Source: a virus. Taken from it: a stretch of 64,000 nt of DNA. The stretch covers positions 32,001 to 96,000 of the IMG/VR virus record IMGVR_UViG_3300042560_001826; one strand, written 5' to 3'. The notes under the pieces are model-generated. The model was not told where the DNA came from. It did not search any database and saw nothing but the letters and a program-made list of their open reading frames with translations. Both the position numbers and the translations under genes were made by a program. Positions 21,866-32,172 of this stretch are shown here, one piece after another (the stretch's first letter is position 1; each line of letters begins with the position of its first letter).

Positions 21866-23112
21866 TGCTGTTTTCAATTCATACTGATCAGCACATTATT
21901 GATGCCAACGGTATATTTGGGTATTCATATGGATACCATAAAACGATTGAAAACTTTAATAAGTTTAAGTATCGCAACGAAAAAATGAATGTCGTTAAAA
22001 ACGACAAGGCTTCTCCAATTCAAATGTTCTACATGGAGCCTGAGTGGTATAACTTGAAAACGATGACAAGTTTTCGTTCCCCTGAATTCCAAAAGTTCCA
22101 TGATCACCAGTATAAAATCTATGGAACATACCTTGAGACAACCCGCGTTTGGTCTCATTGGATTGAGGCGATGAAGCAAGTTGATGAAATTTGGGTCGGT
22201 AATAAATTTTCTGTAGATGCAATTAAGAATTCCGGCATTGAAACACCTGTGTATATTTTTGAATTGGGTTTAGATAAGATTTGGCAACCATACAAAAGAA
22301 AAGATACAGGCGTTGTCAGATTTCTTCATGTTGATTCAGGCAGTCCAAGAAAACGAGCTGACCTTGTAGAAAAAGCTTTTACTACTATTTTTGGAGACAG
22401 AAATGATGTTCAATTAACATTAAAATATCATTCTCATGAAGGCGATTCTGGTTACAGTGTGATGAATCTATTTTCTGGAAAATCTAACGTTGTAAAACTG
22501 TATAAAACATTAAGCACTGAGGAGATGGTAAAACTTTATCAAGATCACGATGTTCTTTTGTACCCAAGTGAGGGCGAAGGATTTGGTCTAATACCACTTC
22601 AGGCAATGGCTACAGGTATGCCTGTAATATCAACAGGAGTTTGGTGTGATTATGAAAGATTTTTTAACTCAAATATTATTGATTCAACCATGGGTAAAAC
22701 TCAACATACCGGGTATTTTGAAGGCGAAGTTGTGCTCCCAGACTTTGATTCGCTTGTTTCGCTTATTAAAAAAGTATACGACGATATTGATGCGCAAAAA
22801 AAGTTTTTTTATGATCAAGCTCCTCTTGTCATTGAAGAGTATGATTGGAAAAATAAAACAGATAAGGTTCTTAATGCTCTCATAAAAAGAGTCGGCATAA
22901 AAAAATTTAATCCCATCAAGGAGTATGTTGTTGTAAAAGACTTCATCTACTTTAAAGGCAACAACCGCTACATAGCCCCAGATGGATCTATGTTTGATTC
23001 AGAAAATAGAATTAGAGAAGTTGATAAGAAAGTCGCTGACAGCTTGGTATATAATAAGTCTTTTAGAAAAGCAACAGACGATGAGATAAGGGCGTTTAAT
23101 GAAAAGAACTGA
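21865..23112 (+). CDS. Glycosyltransferase family 4 (GT-B)
   Basis: PRKRAD, YPSEGEGFGLIPLQAMATGMPVI. Confidence 0.85.
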   Translation: MLFSIHTDQHIIDANGIFGYSYGYHKTIENFNKFKYRNEKMNVVKNDKASPIQMFYMEPEWYNLKTMTSFRSPEFQKFHDHQYKIYGTYLETTRVWSHWIEAMKQVDEIWVGNKFSVDAIKNSGIETPVYIFELGLDKIWQPYKRKDTGVVRFLHVDSGSPRKRADLVEKAFTTIFGDRNDVQLTLKYHSHEGDSGYSVMNLFSGKSNVVKLYKTLSTEEMVKLYQDHDVLLYPSEGEGFGLIPLQAMATGMPVISTGVWCDYERFFNSNIIDSTMGKTQHTGYFEGEVVLPDFDSLVSLIKKVYDDIDAQKKFFYDQAPLVIEEYDWKNKTDKVLNALIKRVGIKKFNPIKEYVVVKDFIYFKGNNRYIAPDGSMFDSENRIREVDKKVADSLVYNKSFRKATDDEIRAFNEKN

Positions 23113-23398
23113 GAAGGAAGAGATTAAAAAAGACAAGGCTAAGGGTGTTAAAAATTCTGGGCGTGGCGTGAAGAAGGGAGATGCAACTCTTAATAAATTT
23201 CTTGTTGATTACAAGCACAATGGCAAGTCATTTACTCTTACGCATGAAAACTGGCTTGAGCACCGGAAAAATTCTTGGAAATCAAATTACCGTTATCCTT
23301 GTATTTCTGTCGTATTTGGGGAAGATTCCGAAACAAAGGTTGCTATAGTGGAGTGGGAAGTGTTCAAAGAACTCATAGAAGGCTCAGAATATGAATAA
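23099..23398 (+). CDS. Putative Holliday junction resolvase-like PD-(D/E)XK nuclease
   Basis: NSGRG..KGDA...LVDYK pattern. Confidence 0.55.
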   Translation: MKRTEKEEIKKDKAKGVKNSGRGVKKGDATLNKFLVDYKHNGKSFTLTHENWLEHRKNSWKSNYRYPCISVVFGEDSETKVAIVEWEVFKELIEGSEYE

Positions 23399-24761
23399 AA
23401 AAACTTTTGGATCGCTATTTGCAGGTGTTGGCGGGTTTGACATTGGCATGGAAAATGCTGGCTGGGATTGTAGCTGGCAAGTTGAATGGGATAAACATTG
23501 TCAGTCAGTACTGCAAAAGCATTGGCCTAATGTGCCAAAGTATTGGGATATTCAAGATGTAAATGGTGCAGAATTAACGCCAGTAGATTGCATCGTTTTT
23601 GGTTCTCCTTGCCAAGACCTATCGGTTGCTGGCAAGGGTGGAGGGCTTGAGGGATCACGCTCAGGCTTATTTTATGAAGCAATTAGAGTTATAAAGGAGA
23701 TGAGAAATGCAACTGGAAATCAATTTCCAAAATGGTCAATCTGGGAGAATGTCCCAGGAGCCCTCACAAGCAATAAAGGAAACGACTTCGCAAAGGTCCT
23801 TGACGAAATGGCAAACATCGGGGCATTGGTCCTTGAATGGCACATCTTGGATGCACAATGGTTCGGAGTCGCCCAGCGCAGAAGAAGAGTCTTCTTGCTT
23901 GCTTGTTACGATTCTGGAACCGCTTCAAGATGTTCCGAAAAAATATTACCTGTCCCCCAAGACAGCGAGGGGAATATTAAAAAGGGCAGAAAAGAAAGGA
24001 AACATTCTGCCAGAGCCTCTAAGACAAACGCTGATCAACCTATCCTCTATGGACAGTCAGGATTTGCAAAGTGGACAGAAGGCGGAGTAACGCTGGCAGC
24101 AACTGATTACAAACGACCAGAAAGAAATGTTGTTTGTGAGCCTATATCGTTTCATTTAAAGCAAGATCCAGTGCATTCATATAATGTTTCGCAATGTTTA
24201 TATGGGCAAAATGGTGTTGGCGTAGCAATTGAAAGACCTTTTATTCTTGATGGTACAAGAGTTGGTGATGCGAGAATATATGAAGATCAAATTGTTCCAA
24301 CGCTAAAGCACAGGATGGGAACAGGTGGCGGTCAAGTTCCACTTGTTGGCGTAGATGCAGATGTTCTTGCTTATGATGGCTATAATAACGCTGTTAGCGA
24401 GAATATTTATCGCACATTAAGAATTGGAATTGATTCTGCTGACCATATTGCAATCCCAATTCAAGGCACAATTATTGGTCGTTCAGACAAGGCCGGACCG
24501 CAAGGGAAAGGCTTTGGTGACGAAAATGATCCATCGTATACTCTTGATACAATTTCACAGCATGGAGTTATGACACCTGATCTTCTACTTAGAAGATTGA
24601 CTCCTCTTGAATGTGAAAGGCTTATGGGGTTCCCTGATGAACATACGAAATATTATCACGATGGGAAGATTGTTGCAGATACCAACAGGTACAAGATGTG
24701 CGGTAATGCTGTGGCAAGTCCAGTTGCCGAATGGATTGGGAGGAAAATCTATGAAATTTAG
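23391..24761 (+). CDS. DNA (cytosine-5)-methyltransferase
   Basis: FAGVGG, GSPCQD, ENV, QRRRRVF, RRLTPLECERLMGFP, GNAV. Confidence 0.92.
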   Translation: MNKKTFGSLFAGVGGFDIGMENAGWDCSWQVEWDKHCQSVLQKHWPNVPKYWDIQDVNGAELTPVDCIVFGSPCQDLSVAGKGGGLEGSRSGLFYEAIRVIKEMRNATGNQFPKWSIWENVPGALTSNKGNDFAKVLDEMANIGALVLEWHILDAQWFGVAQRRRRVFLLACYDSGTASRCSEKILPVPQDSEGNIKKGRKERKHSARASKTNADQPILYGQSGFAKWTEGGVTLAATDYKRPERNVVCEPISFHLKQDPVHSYNVSQCLYGQNGVGVAIERPFILDGTRVGDARIYEDQIVPTLKHRMGTGGGQVPLVGVDADVLAYDGYNNAVSENIYRTLRIGIDSADHIAIPIQGTIIGRSDKAGPQGKGFGDENDPSYTLDTISQHGVMTPDLLLRRLTPLECERLMGFPDEHTKYYHDGKIVADTNRYKMCGNAVASPVAEWIGRKIYEI

Positions 24762-24966
24762 ATTTTTTTGTGATAGATTAATGGGCTGGATGGCATTTGG
24801 CATCACAATTAACTGGGATGATGGTGTATACTTTGGAGTGTACATTGCGAAATGGCTCATCGGGTTACAGTCTTATAAAGAAAAGAAAGCAGTAGTAATG
24901 GCGGAAGATCTTATTAAATATAACTACGGTAGAAAGGGATCAAATGCCAGACATTCTGATCAATAA
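24751..24966 (+). CDS. Hypothetical protein
   Basis: GGAGG RBS before ATG 24751. Confidence 0.45.
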   Translation: MKFRFFCDRLMGWMAFGITINWDDGVYFGVYIAKWLIGLQSYKEKKAVVMAEDLIKYNYGRKGSNARHSDQ

Positions 24967-25267
24967 AGAAATTCTTGCATCCCATATGGGAGACAAGGCA
25001 GATGAATTTATTGAGTGCCTTCGGATAGTAGAGGATATTATTTCTAATCCGGACCATTATGTTGGTCTGCAAGCTATTAAATATGCAAATATTTTGGCGG
25101 CTTATCGCACAGTAATGATTGTTAAATCTCAGATGTTTAAGAGAAAATCAACAATGATGTCTGAACAAGATAAGTTTGTTAACGATATATGGAAAACCAT
25201 GTATGAAGCCCTGTCTGAAAATATTAATGCCCTCAAATTAGCTGCTAAAGGAGGCTATAACCAATGA
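24944..25267 (+). CDS. Hypothetical protein
   Basis: ORF within the operon. Confidence 0.6.
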   Translation: MPDILINKEILASHMGDKADEFIECLRIVEDIISNPDHYVGLQAIKYANILAAYRTVMIVKSQMFKRKSTMMSEQDKFVNDIWKTMYEALSENINALKLAAKGGYNQ

Positions 25268-26007
25268 AATCATTAAAGAAATTAAAGGAAAAGAAAGAAC
25301 CATTGGCAAAAGATGTCAAGGTTGAAATAAGAAAAACTATTACTGAGGGGATTGATGAGTTCCTTTCTAAAAGGAATACCCCTGTTTATAAACAAGTAAG
25401 TGGTTTTCACCCAAGTTATACAAACCAATGTGCAAGATATTGGTATTATCTGTTTAATGGAGTTGAAGTAACATCATCCTTTAACCCTCAGACATACAGA
25501 ATTTTTGATAATGGACATGCAGTTCACAATAGATTGTACAGTTATTTTAGAGATATGGGGATCTTGGTTGAGGAAGAAATTCCAGTAACCCATGATTCTC
25601 CGCCAATTGAAGGCACTGCAGATGGTATCATTGATTGGTATGGACATAAGCTTATTGAATTAAAATCAATTAGTTCAGAAGGCTTCCATTACAGAAAACT
25701 TTATAACAAACCAAAAGACGAGCACTACAGGCAAGCGCAGATCTATATGCGCTGCTTAAATCTTGATTCTGGATATGTTATTTACGAAAACAAAAACAAT
25801 CAAGAGATACTACCAATTTATATTGAAAAAGACGATAAATTCATAAACAAACTATTTGACAAGTATACTAAGATTTATAATAATTATCTGAATAATCAGA
25901 TACCCGAGCGACCTTATAAGAGAACTTCAGAGCATTGCAGTTCTTGTGATTTGGCTGCTTTATGTTGGTCGGAGAATGTACGAGAAGGAAAAGAAGAAAT
26001 GTTCTAA
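25264..26007 (+). CDS. Cas4-like PD-(D/E)XK exonuclease
   Basis: HPS...C; GHAVH; GTADG; IELKS; QAQIY; C-terminal CxxC...C. Confidence 0.85.
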   Translation: MKSLKKLKEKKEPLAKDVKVEIRKTITEGIDEFLSKRNTPVYKQVSGFHPSYTNQCARYWYYLFNGVEVTSSFNPQTYRIFDNGHAVHNRLYSYFRDMGILVEEEIPVTHDSPPIEGTADGIIDWYGHKLIELKSISSEGFHYRKLYNKPKDEHYRQAQIYMRCLNLDSGYVIYENKNNQEILPIYIEKDDKFINKLFDKYTKIYNNYLNNQIPERPYKRTSEHCSSCDLAALCWSENVREGKEEMF

Positions 26008-26287
26008 CCCTGAATGTAGTAAGGTATTTTTAGCTAAAGTCTATAATGCTATCTATTGCTCAGCAGAGTGCAGAAGAATAGTCACAAATAAAAATTTACT
26101 TGCGAATTATTACGAGAAAAAAAGTAATAAAAATAAAAAGAGGATTTGTAAAACTGAGGGGTGCGCAACAGTCTTATCTAAATATAACAAGGAAAAGATT
26201 TGTGAAAGTTGTAAACGCGAAAGATTTGTTAAGCGTCTCATGTCTTGGGGCTGGTCTGAAAAACAAGCCAGAGGAGACATGTGGTGA
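25976..26287 (+). CDS. Cys-rich zinc-finger protein
   Basis: CSNPEC...YCSAEC...CKTEGC...CESC. Confidence 0.6.
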   Translation: MYEKEKKKCSNPECSKVFLAKVYNAIYCSAECRRIVTNKNLLANYYEKKSNKNKKRICKTEGCATVLSKYNKEKICESCKRERFVKRLMSWGWSEKQARGDMW

Positions 26288-26889
26288 CAATATCAAAACT
26301 GATATCGTCAGTTAAGAATACTAGAGTGATTGCAATAGATCCGGCATCTCATTCTCTTGCTTGGGTCATTTATGATATTGAATCATCAAAAATTAAAATT
26401 AGTGCATGCGGTAAAATAAACTATAAAGAACACAAAGGGGCATCAGCAAAATTTTCTGTTATTGATATTGAGTTGAAAAAAGTCTACAAAGAATACAACC
26501 CAAAACTGGCTATAATTGAACAATCAATCTATATTCAAAATTTTGAAACAAGTAGAATAATTTCTTACATTATAGGATATTCTTGGGGCGTACTAAACAA
26601 CTTCGGTTGCTCCGTTTCAGATGTAAATCCTCTTGTTTGGAAATCCGGGATTGGGTATAAAAATCTAAATAAAAAAGAACAACAAATTATTGCAGAAAAT
26701 GGAGAAAAGGGTTCTCTCGCTGTTAAGCTAAAGAAAGAGAGGAAGCGCCGCGTTCAAGAAATTGTTGCAAAATACTTCAAGGAGCTACCAGAATATTTAA
26801 ACGATGATGATATTATAGATGCAGCGGGTATTGGTTTATGGTATTGTAATCAAATAGTAGAGGGTTCAAATGGCAAACGAAATATATAA
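26281..26889 (+). CDS. RuvC-like resolvase
   Basis: IAIDPA, IIEQ, WKSGIG, DDIIDAAGIG. Confidence 0.8.
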   Translation: MVTISKLISSVKNTRVIAIDPASHSLAWVIYDIESSKIKISACGKINYKEHKGASAKFSVIDIELKKVYKEYNPKLAIIEQSIYIQNFETSRIISYIIGYSWGVLNNFGCSVSDVNPLVWKSGIGYKNLNKKEQQIIAENGEKGSLAVKLKKERKRRVQEIVAKYFKELPEYLNDDDIIDAAGIGLWYCNQIVEGSNGKRNI

Positions 26890-27169
26890 AGACAAAGCTT
26901 TTTTGTACGATATGTATGTTAAACGCAGGATGAATCTTACTGATATTTGTAAGCATCTTGAGCAGGCTTACAACATTAAAGTCACCCCACAGGCCGTTTA
27001 TAACTGGGTTAAAAAATACGATCTTCTTAAGTTTAGAGGCAAGGGAAGAAGGCTCGCCAACACAAGTATGCGCAGACCAAAATCCCCAGCTCAGGAAGAG
27101 GCTAACAGGCGTAAAAGAGAATTGCAAAAAAGAACAAAACAAAAAAGAAAGGATATTAGAGGAAGATGA
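26870..27169 (+). CDS. HTH DNA-binding protein
   Basis: LYDMYV...LTDICK...VTPQAVYNWVKKY; basic tail. Confidence 0.65.
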   Translation: MANEIYKDKAFLYDMYVKRRMNLTDICKHLEQAYNIKVTPQAVYNWVKKYDLLKFRGKGRRLANTSMRRPKSPAQEEANRRKRELQKRTKQKRKDIRGR

Positions 27170-27921
27170 GAAGAAGTGTAAGTGTAAAGGACATATCAAG
27201 CTTTGCAAAGCTTAATATGATTTACAATCAAGTAAGAGTTATTGAGGCAAAGCAGAATGCTACTCAGTACAAGTGTTTAGGTTCTGGCAACTGCTGCAGA
27301 ATAGGATTGAATATTCATATGGCGGAATGTGCAAGTATTGCATTCAATATCCGTCAGCAATATTATCTATATTTAGAAGATAAGGGTTTAGAGTATGCTG
27401 ACAATTGGGTTGATGGAATTGTAAAAGATCTAAAAGAAGCAATGTTTGACGAGGATTGGCAAATTGGTGGAGAGACAAAACGGCACTGCGCCTTCTACAA
27501 GGGTGGCTGTAGCATCTATGGTTACAGACCGATGGTGTGTAGAACATTTGGCACAGTGACATATGTTGATGATTATTGTCCAAGAATTAGAAATGCTACC
27601 GGCAACATTGACTACTTTAGTGGTGATGGTGTGAGAAAAGTAATCATGGCATTTCAAGATTTCTTAAAGGAATATACAAGTGATAAAGAAGAGGGCTACG
27701 ATATGGTTGTGTATATGCCTCTCGGTGTCCTCAGCTTCTTGCTTACAACTGATGAATTGATTGAGCTTGAAAAGGCAACCGATAAGAAGTTCTGGAAGGC
27801 TGTTCAGGGCTGGTTCAATTACAGAGTCGGATATACAAAGCTTCACGGCTATGATTACGACAAGTTGAATTCGGAAGCAAAAGCTGTTGGAGTTGAATTG
27901 AGATTTCCCAAAGAGCAATGA
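27166..27921 (+). CDS. YkgJ-like Cys-cluster (Fe-S/Zn) protein
   Basis: CLGSGNCC...CAFYKGGCSIYGYRPMVCR. Confidence 0.75.
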   Translation: MRRSVSVKDISSFAKLNMIYNQVRVIEAKQNATQYKCLGSGNCCRIGLNIHMAECASIAFNIRQQYYLYLEDKGLEYADNWVDGIVKDLKEAMFDEDWQIGGETKRHCAFYKGGCSIYGYRPMVCRTFGTVTYVDDYCPRIRNATGNIDYFSGDGVRKVIMAFQDFLKEYTSDKEEGYDMVVYMPLGVLSFLLTTDELIELEKATDKKFWKAVQGWFNYRVGYTKLHGYDYDKLNSEAKAVGVELRFPKEQ

Positions 27922-28976
27922 TTTTTTGGAATGAAAATCCAGTTTCTTCTTACGCAGAAGGCTATAGCTACGCAGCAAAATCAATAGTTAATAGCTTAAC
28001 CAAGCACGGCGTTGATGTCCACAGATCAAAATCTTCTGGTAATGCAGATGTTAATGGTTTAGTCAATCTTGGTATTTCCTACATAGATAAAAGCGATTCT
28101 GGCGAGGCAATTAAAATAACTCATGCTCTGCCAGAACTATACTCAAGAGGCGCAAAGCATTCAATAGGGTTTTCCTACTGGGAGACTAATAAACTTCCGG
28201 GATCTTGGATTCCCGAAATGAATCAAATGGATGAAATATGGACAGCATCCGAATGGGCTAGAAATGTTTTTATTGAATCAGGAGTCAAGATACCTGTGCA
28301 CGGTTTCAAGCTTGGCATAGATGATTCATTGTATTTCCCGCCGGACAAACCAAGAAAAGTGCAGGGGAATAAATTTAAATTTCTTAGCATAGGCTCCCCA
28401 TCGACTCGTAAGAACTCTCAGATGGCTGTAGATGCATTTTTAAAGCTGTTTAGCAACAATGACGAGCATGTGCTCATATTTAAATCAATGGGGCCTCCAG
28501 ACGCGAGGATATCCAGAGGCACTGGTCATCAGAAATCTCTCTATGATACTAAGAATATTAATGTTATAGATTATGAATTAAGCCATCAAGATTTAGCAAA
28601 CTTGTACGATAGCGTTGATTGCGTTTTGTACCCAACAAGCGGAGAAGGGTGGGGGATTTTGCCAATGAAAGGAATTGCAAAAGGGATCCCAACAATCTGC
28701 ACTAATGCAACAGCTTGTACAGAGTATGCCGAGTTATCAATACCATTAGACTATCAATGGGGGACAGATAATATGGGTGGCATATATAGTGGTTGCGGGA
28801 CATGGGCAATACCAAATCTTGATGATTTATGTGATAAAATGTTATATGTCGTTAATCACTATGATAAGGCTTCCGAGAAGACTTTTTCAGGTGCTCAATG
28901 GGTAAATGAAAATCTTACTTGGGATAAAGTAACGAAACCAATGGCGGATAGATTATGTCAGATATTGAACCAGTAG
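27918..28976 (+). CDS. Glycosyltransferase family 4 (GT-B)
   Basis: WETNKLP, RKNS, YPTSGEGWGILP; paralogue of 21865-23112. Confidence 0.85.
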   Translation: MIFWNENPVSSYAEGYSYAAKSIVNSLTKHGVDVHRSKSSGNADVNGLVNLGISYIDKSDSGEAIKITHALPELYSRGAKHSIGFSYWETNKLPGSWIPEMNQMDEIWTASEWARNVFIESGVKIPVHGFKLGIDDSLYFPPDKPRKVQGNKFKFLSIGSPSTRKNSQMAVDAFLKLFSNNDEHVLIFKSMGPPDARISRGTGHQKSLYDTKNINVIDYELSHQDLANLYDSVDCVLYPTSGEGWGILPMKGIAKGIPTICTNATACTEYAELSIPLDYQWGTDNMGGIYSGCGTWAIPNLDDLCDKMLYVVNHYDKASEKTFSGAQWVNENLTWDKVTKPMADRLCQILNQ

Positions 28977-29527
28977 TAGGAACCGAAATTGAGCCAGCAT
29001 CCAGAACAATTTTGGATGATCTAGCAGACATAGAGCAGGCCGGTCTCCTGCATGTAAAGGGGTATTCTAATCACGAAATTAGCTCCTTGATGAGTGTCTC
29101 TGCGGATAAAGCAAAAGGCATGATTACTGAATACAAGAAGATACTTAATCGTCAAGCTGAATCGGATCCGTATTTCTTAGAGAAAATCCAATTTAATACA
29201 ATCAAGGCTCTGCAAGAATTTGATCAATTGAGCAAAGAAGCTTGGGAGACTATTAATATTGCTACAGATCACGGCATGGTCCCGGCAAGAATTCAAGCTA
29301 TTAAATTAGCGGCAGAAGTTGCTACTAAGAAAGCGCAATTGCATAAGCTTATGGGTGGCAATCAAACAGACGGGCAATATATTGCTAGAATGCAGAAAGC
29401 AGAGAATGTTAATCAAATTCTTTCTAAAGTTTTAAGGGATGTTATTTCCAAGCATCCTCAGATTGCCGAAGAGGTCAGGAGAGAATTGGAAATTGCATTT
29501 GAAATCATGAATGATGGTGTTGAATAA
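28955..29527 (+). CDS. HTH protein, possible terminase small subunit
   Basis: GYSNHEISSLMSVS HTH; helical; last gene before terL. Confidence 0.5.
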   Translation: MSDIEPVVGTEIEPASRTILDDLADIEQAGLLHVKGYSNHEISSLMSVSADKAKGMITEYKKILNRQAESDPYFLEKIQFNTIKALQEFDQLSKEAWETINIATDHGMVPARIQAIKLAAEVATKKAQLHKLMGGNQTDGQYIARMQKAENVNQILSKVLRDVISKHPQIAEEVRRELEIAFEIMNDGVE

Positions 29528-29591
29528 AGAGACGGAAAAATTATCACATAAAGGTTTATGTAAAGAGACGGAAAAACTCTCACATAAAGGT
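29525..29591 (+). repeat. Two 31-bp direct repeats TAAAGAGACGGAAAAA(TTAT/CTCT)CACATAAAGGT
   Basis: 29525-29555 and 29561-29591, two mismatches. Confidence 0.9.
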
Positions 29592-29730
29592 GTAAACTCA
29601 CTTGTCTATGAGGTGATCCTGCTCTAAGCTTACAGCGGTGTAAGAATCCATATGTGTAAGATTACTCATTCGTAATCTTGTCGCCGCGTAAGTTTTCATA
29701 TTTCATAGTGTATACTATTAAGGGTGGCAA

Positions 29731-31461
29731 ATGTCTGACTTTATTGGACTAAATTTAGAATTTAATGACTTTGATCGCTTGCTTAGGCAAGACGATTTGG
29801 TTGAAACTCCTGTTCCGATTCAAGTGTTCGTTCAGGATAAGAAATACTTAGGCTTACCGCCATTGTCTCCAATTCAAGAAGAGATAGTCAAGCACAGTAC
29901 ACAAATTCTTAAAGAACGCACTTTGATATCTTTACATGGTGAAGAAGCAGGGCGTGAATATTATAAGAAATATACTGACAATGAGGTTATATGCATGTTG
30001 GGCAAAGGATCTGGTAAAGATCATTGTTCAAGAATCTCAATCGCTTATACAGCATACTTACTACATTGTTTGAGGGATCCGCTTAGTTATTTCGGTAAAG
30101 CTCACGGTGTGTATATTGACTTGCTTAATCTTGCTGTTAACGCACAACAAGCCCAAAGAGTTTTCTTTGAGCCATTAAAAAACCTATTGTTAAGCTCACC
30201 GTACTTTAATGAAGTTGGATTTGAGCCTAGGGTTTCAGAAATATTTTTCTTTTCAAGACCGGTAAGATGTTTCTCGGGTCACTCTGAAAGTGAAGGTTGG
30301 GAAGGTTATGAAGTTTTGACTGTGGTTTTGGATGAAATTGCAGCTTTTAAAACTGATGCAGAATTGAAAGGCGAAACAAGATCTAAAGGATCGGCATCTG
30401 CAATTTATAACATGAGTAAGCTATCTGTTATGTCGCGCTTCCCAGAAGTTGGTAAAGTTATTCTTCTCTCATTCCCCCGGTATAAGGGAGACTTTATTGA
30501 ACAAAGATTTTATGGGGCTAAAGAAAAGAAAGAGCCTAAGACTTGGTTCATAAAAGCTGCTACTTGGGAAGTAAATCCTACGATTAAGAGAGAGCAATTG
30601 GAATCTGAATACATTAGAAATCCTATTGAGGCAGCTGCAAGATTTGAGTGCAATCCTCCAAATATGGAAGATGCTTATTTTAGAGATCCTGATCTTGTTA
30701 GGAAAGCTTTTACATATGGCGAAGATCCAATCAATGAAGATGGCACATTTAAAAAATGGTTTAATAATACAGATCAGCATGTTCGTTTTATCCATGTTGA
30801 CTTAGCGCTTAAAAGAGACAGGGCAGCGTTAAGCTTAGTGCATTCTCCTGGATTAAGAGAAGTGAAAACGCTAAACGGTATTGAAAAGCTTCCGGTAATC
30901 AATGTTGATCTTGTTTATTCTTGGGAGGCCGGTATCAATGAAGAAATTAATTTCTCAAGCATTAGGCAAATGATAATTGATCTATGCAGAAAGTTTGATG
31001 TAGCCAAGGTTACATTTGACAGATGGCAATCAATTGAAATGATTCAAAGCTTAAGATCGTTAACAATTAATGCAGATTTTCACAGCGTAAAGAAAACAGA
31101 CTATGATACATTAACATCTGCAATATATGATGGCCGTTTGCGTGGATATTGGAATGAATTATTAGTTGAAGAAGAACTTCTCAAATTACGTTTGTTTTCA
31201 AATAATAAAATTGATCACCCATCATCTGGATCAAAAGATTTGGCAGATGCTATTGCCGGGGCTGTATTTAACTGTATAGAAAATATTTCAGTAAGCAGTG
31301 AGATCGAGATTGAGTTATTGCAGCCGGATAAATGGCATGAAATAAACGAAGAAATGCCTGATTTTGGTACTGTATCTGTGTATAATGGTGGAAGTGGAAG
31401 GTTTGAACAAGGCTTTTCTCAACAGAAATCAGAGGCAAATAAATGGTTGGAAACGCTATAA
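29731..31461 (+). CDS. terL: Terminase large subunit
   Basis: GKGSGKD Walker A, VVLDE Walker B, HVDLA nuclease motif, TFDRWQS, DHPSSGSKDLADA. Confidence 0.9.
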   Translation: MSDFIGLNLEFNDFDRLLRQDDLVETPVPIQVFVQDKKYLGLPPLSPIQEEIVKHSTQILKERTLISLHGEEAGREYYKKYTDNEVICMLGKGSGKDHCSRISIAYTAYLLHCLRDPLSYFGKAHGVYIDLLNLAVNAQQAQRVFFEPLKNLLLSSPYFNEVGFEPRVSEIFFFSRPVRCFSGHSESEGWEGYEVLTVVLDEIAAFKTDAELKGETRSKGSASAIYNMSKLSVMSRFPEVGKVILLSFPRYKGDFIEQRFYGAKEKKEPKTWFIKAATWEVNPTIKREQLESEYIRNPIEAAARFECNPPNMEDAYFRDPDLVRKAFTYGEDPINEDGTFKKWFNNTDQHVRFIHVDLALKRDRAALSLVHSPGLREVKTLNGIEKLPVINVDLVYSWEAGINEEINFSSIRQMIIDLCRKFDVAKVTFDRWQSIEMIQSLRSLTINADFHSVKKTDYDTLTSAIYDGRLRGYWNELLVEEELLKLRLFSNNKIDHPSSGSKDLADAIAGAVFNCIENISVSSEIEIELLQPDKWHEINEEMPDFGTVSVYNGGSGRFEQGFSQQKSEANKWLETL

Positions 31462-31610
31462 ATGATGTCGTAGTTACGAGCGAAGAAATCGCATCGTCAT
31501 TGTCTTCGGAATTGCAGAGGATGATTCTTCAAGTCGTTACGCTAAGAATTGAGAACGCTAAGTTGAGGGAAAAGCTGAACAGCCTTGTAAAGCAATCTAG
31601 CGACAATTAG
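31443..31610 (+). CDS. 55-aa coiled-coil protein (not in the ORF track)
   Basis: Hand translation MVGNAINDVV...LRIENAKLREKLNSLVKQSSDN; GAGG upstream. Confidence 0.55.
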   Translation: MVGNAINDVVVTSEEIASSLSSELQRMILQVVTLRIENAKLREKLNSLVKQSSDN

Positions 31611-31762
31611 ATTAATTTTTAAATTCTTAGCAAAAAAAAATAGTTTCTCGCACATAGCCTATTTCTCTGTGCTAGTGTTCCTTCTGCTGGCGATTCCTTA
31701 TGTAATTCGCATAGAGAATCGCCAGCACCAAGTAAAAACCTACAAAGAATACGGAGAAAAAT

Positions 31763-32098
31763 ATGACACTCAAAATGAATAAAGTAGATAATTTCCCAGA
31801 AATCACTAGGGCTGGCAGACAGTCTGAAGATTTGCAGGCGATTATTAATGCTCTTCACGAATCGGTTAATACTGGACAAAAGTTTAGCCTTTTTGTTGAG
31901 CCTGGTAATCCATATAACTCAATGCAACAGCGTATTCGTGCGCAGGCAAAGAAGTTTGGATATAAGATTATCATTCGTTATGACTCAGCCAAGAAGGAAC
32001 TTTTCTTTAAGGCAAATCGTGGCGGTAATGCTTCGGTTTCTGCTAACGAAGTCGGCTCGGTTAAGAATAAGGCTACGACTACCGTAAAGTCCAAGTAA
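31763..32098 (+). CDS. Small basic protein, distant member of family A
   Basis: FPEITRAGRQS...RIRAQAKKFGYKIIIRY resembles 53587, 54436 and 55347; GGAGA RBS. Confidence 0.7.
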   Translation: MTLKMNKVDNFPEITRAGRQSEDLQAIINALHESVNTGQKFSLFVEPGNPYNSMQQRIRAQAKKFGYKIIIRYDSAKKELFFKANRGGNASVSANEVGSVKNKATTTVKSK

Positions 32099-32131
32099 TA
32101 AATCAATAAAAAAATAAAAAAGTTTTTTTGA

Positions 32132-32158
32132 GTGGGGCGAAAGCCCCACTTTTTTTTT
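32132..32158 (+). terminator. Rho-independent terminator
   Basis: AGTGGGGC-GAAA-GCCCCACT followed by a T run. Confidence 0.9.
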
Positions 32159-32172
32159 GCTATACTGTAAAC

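Noticed and set aside
12407-31461. Inteins or introns in DnaB, DnaE, RecA or TerL
   Set aside because: Normal lengths, continuous motifs, and no intein or LAGLIDADG signatures seen.
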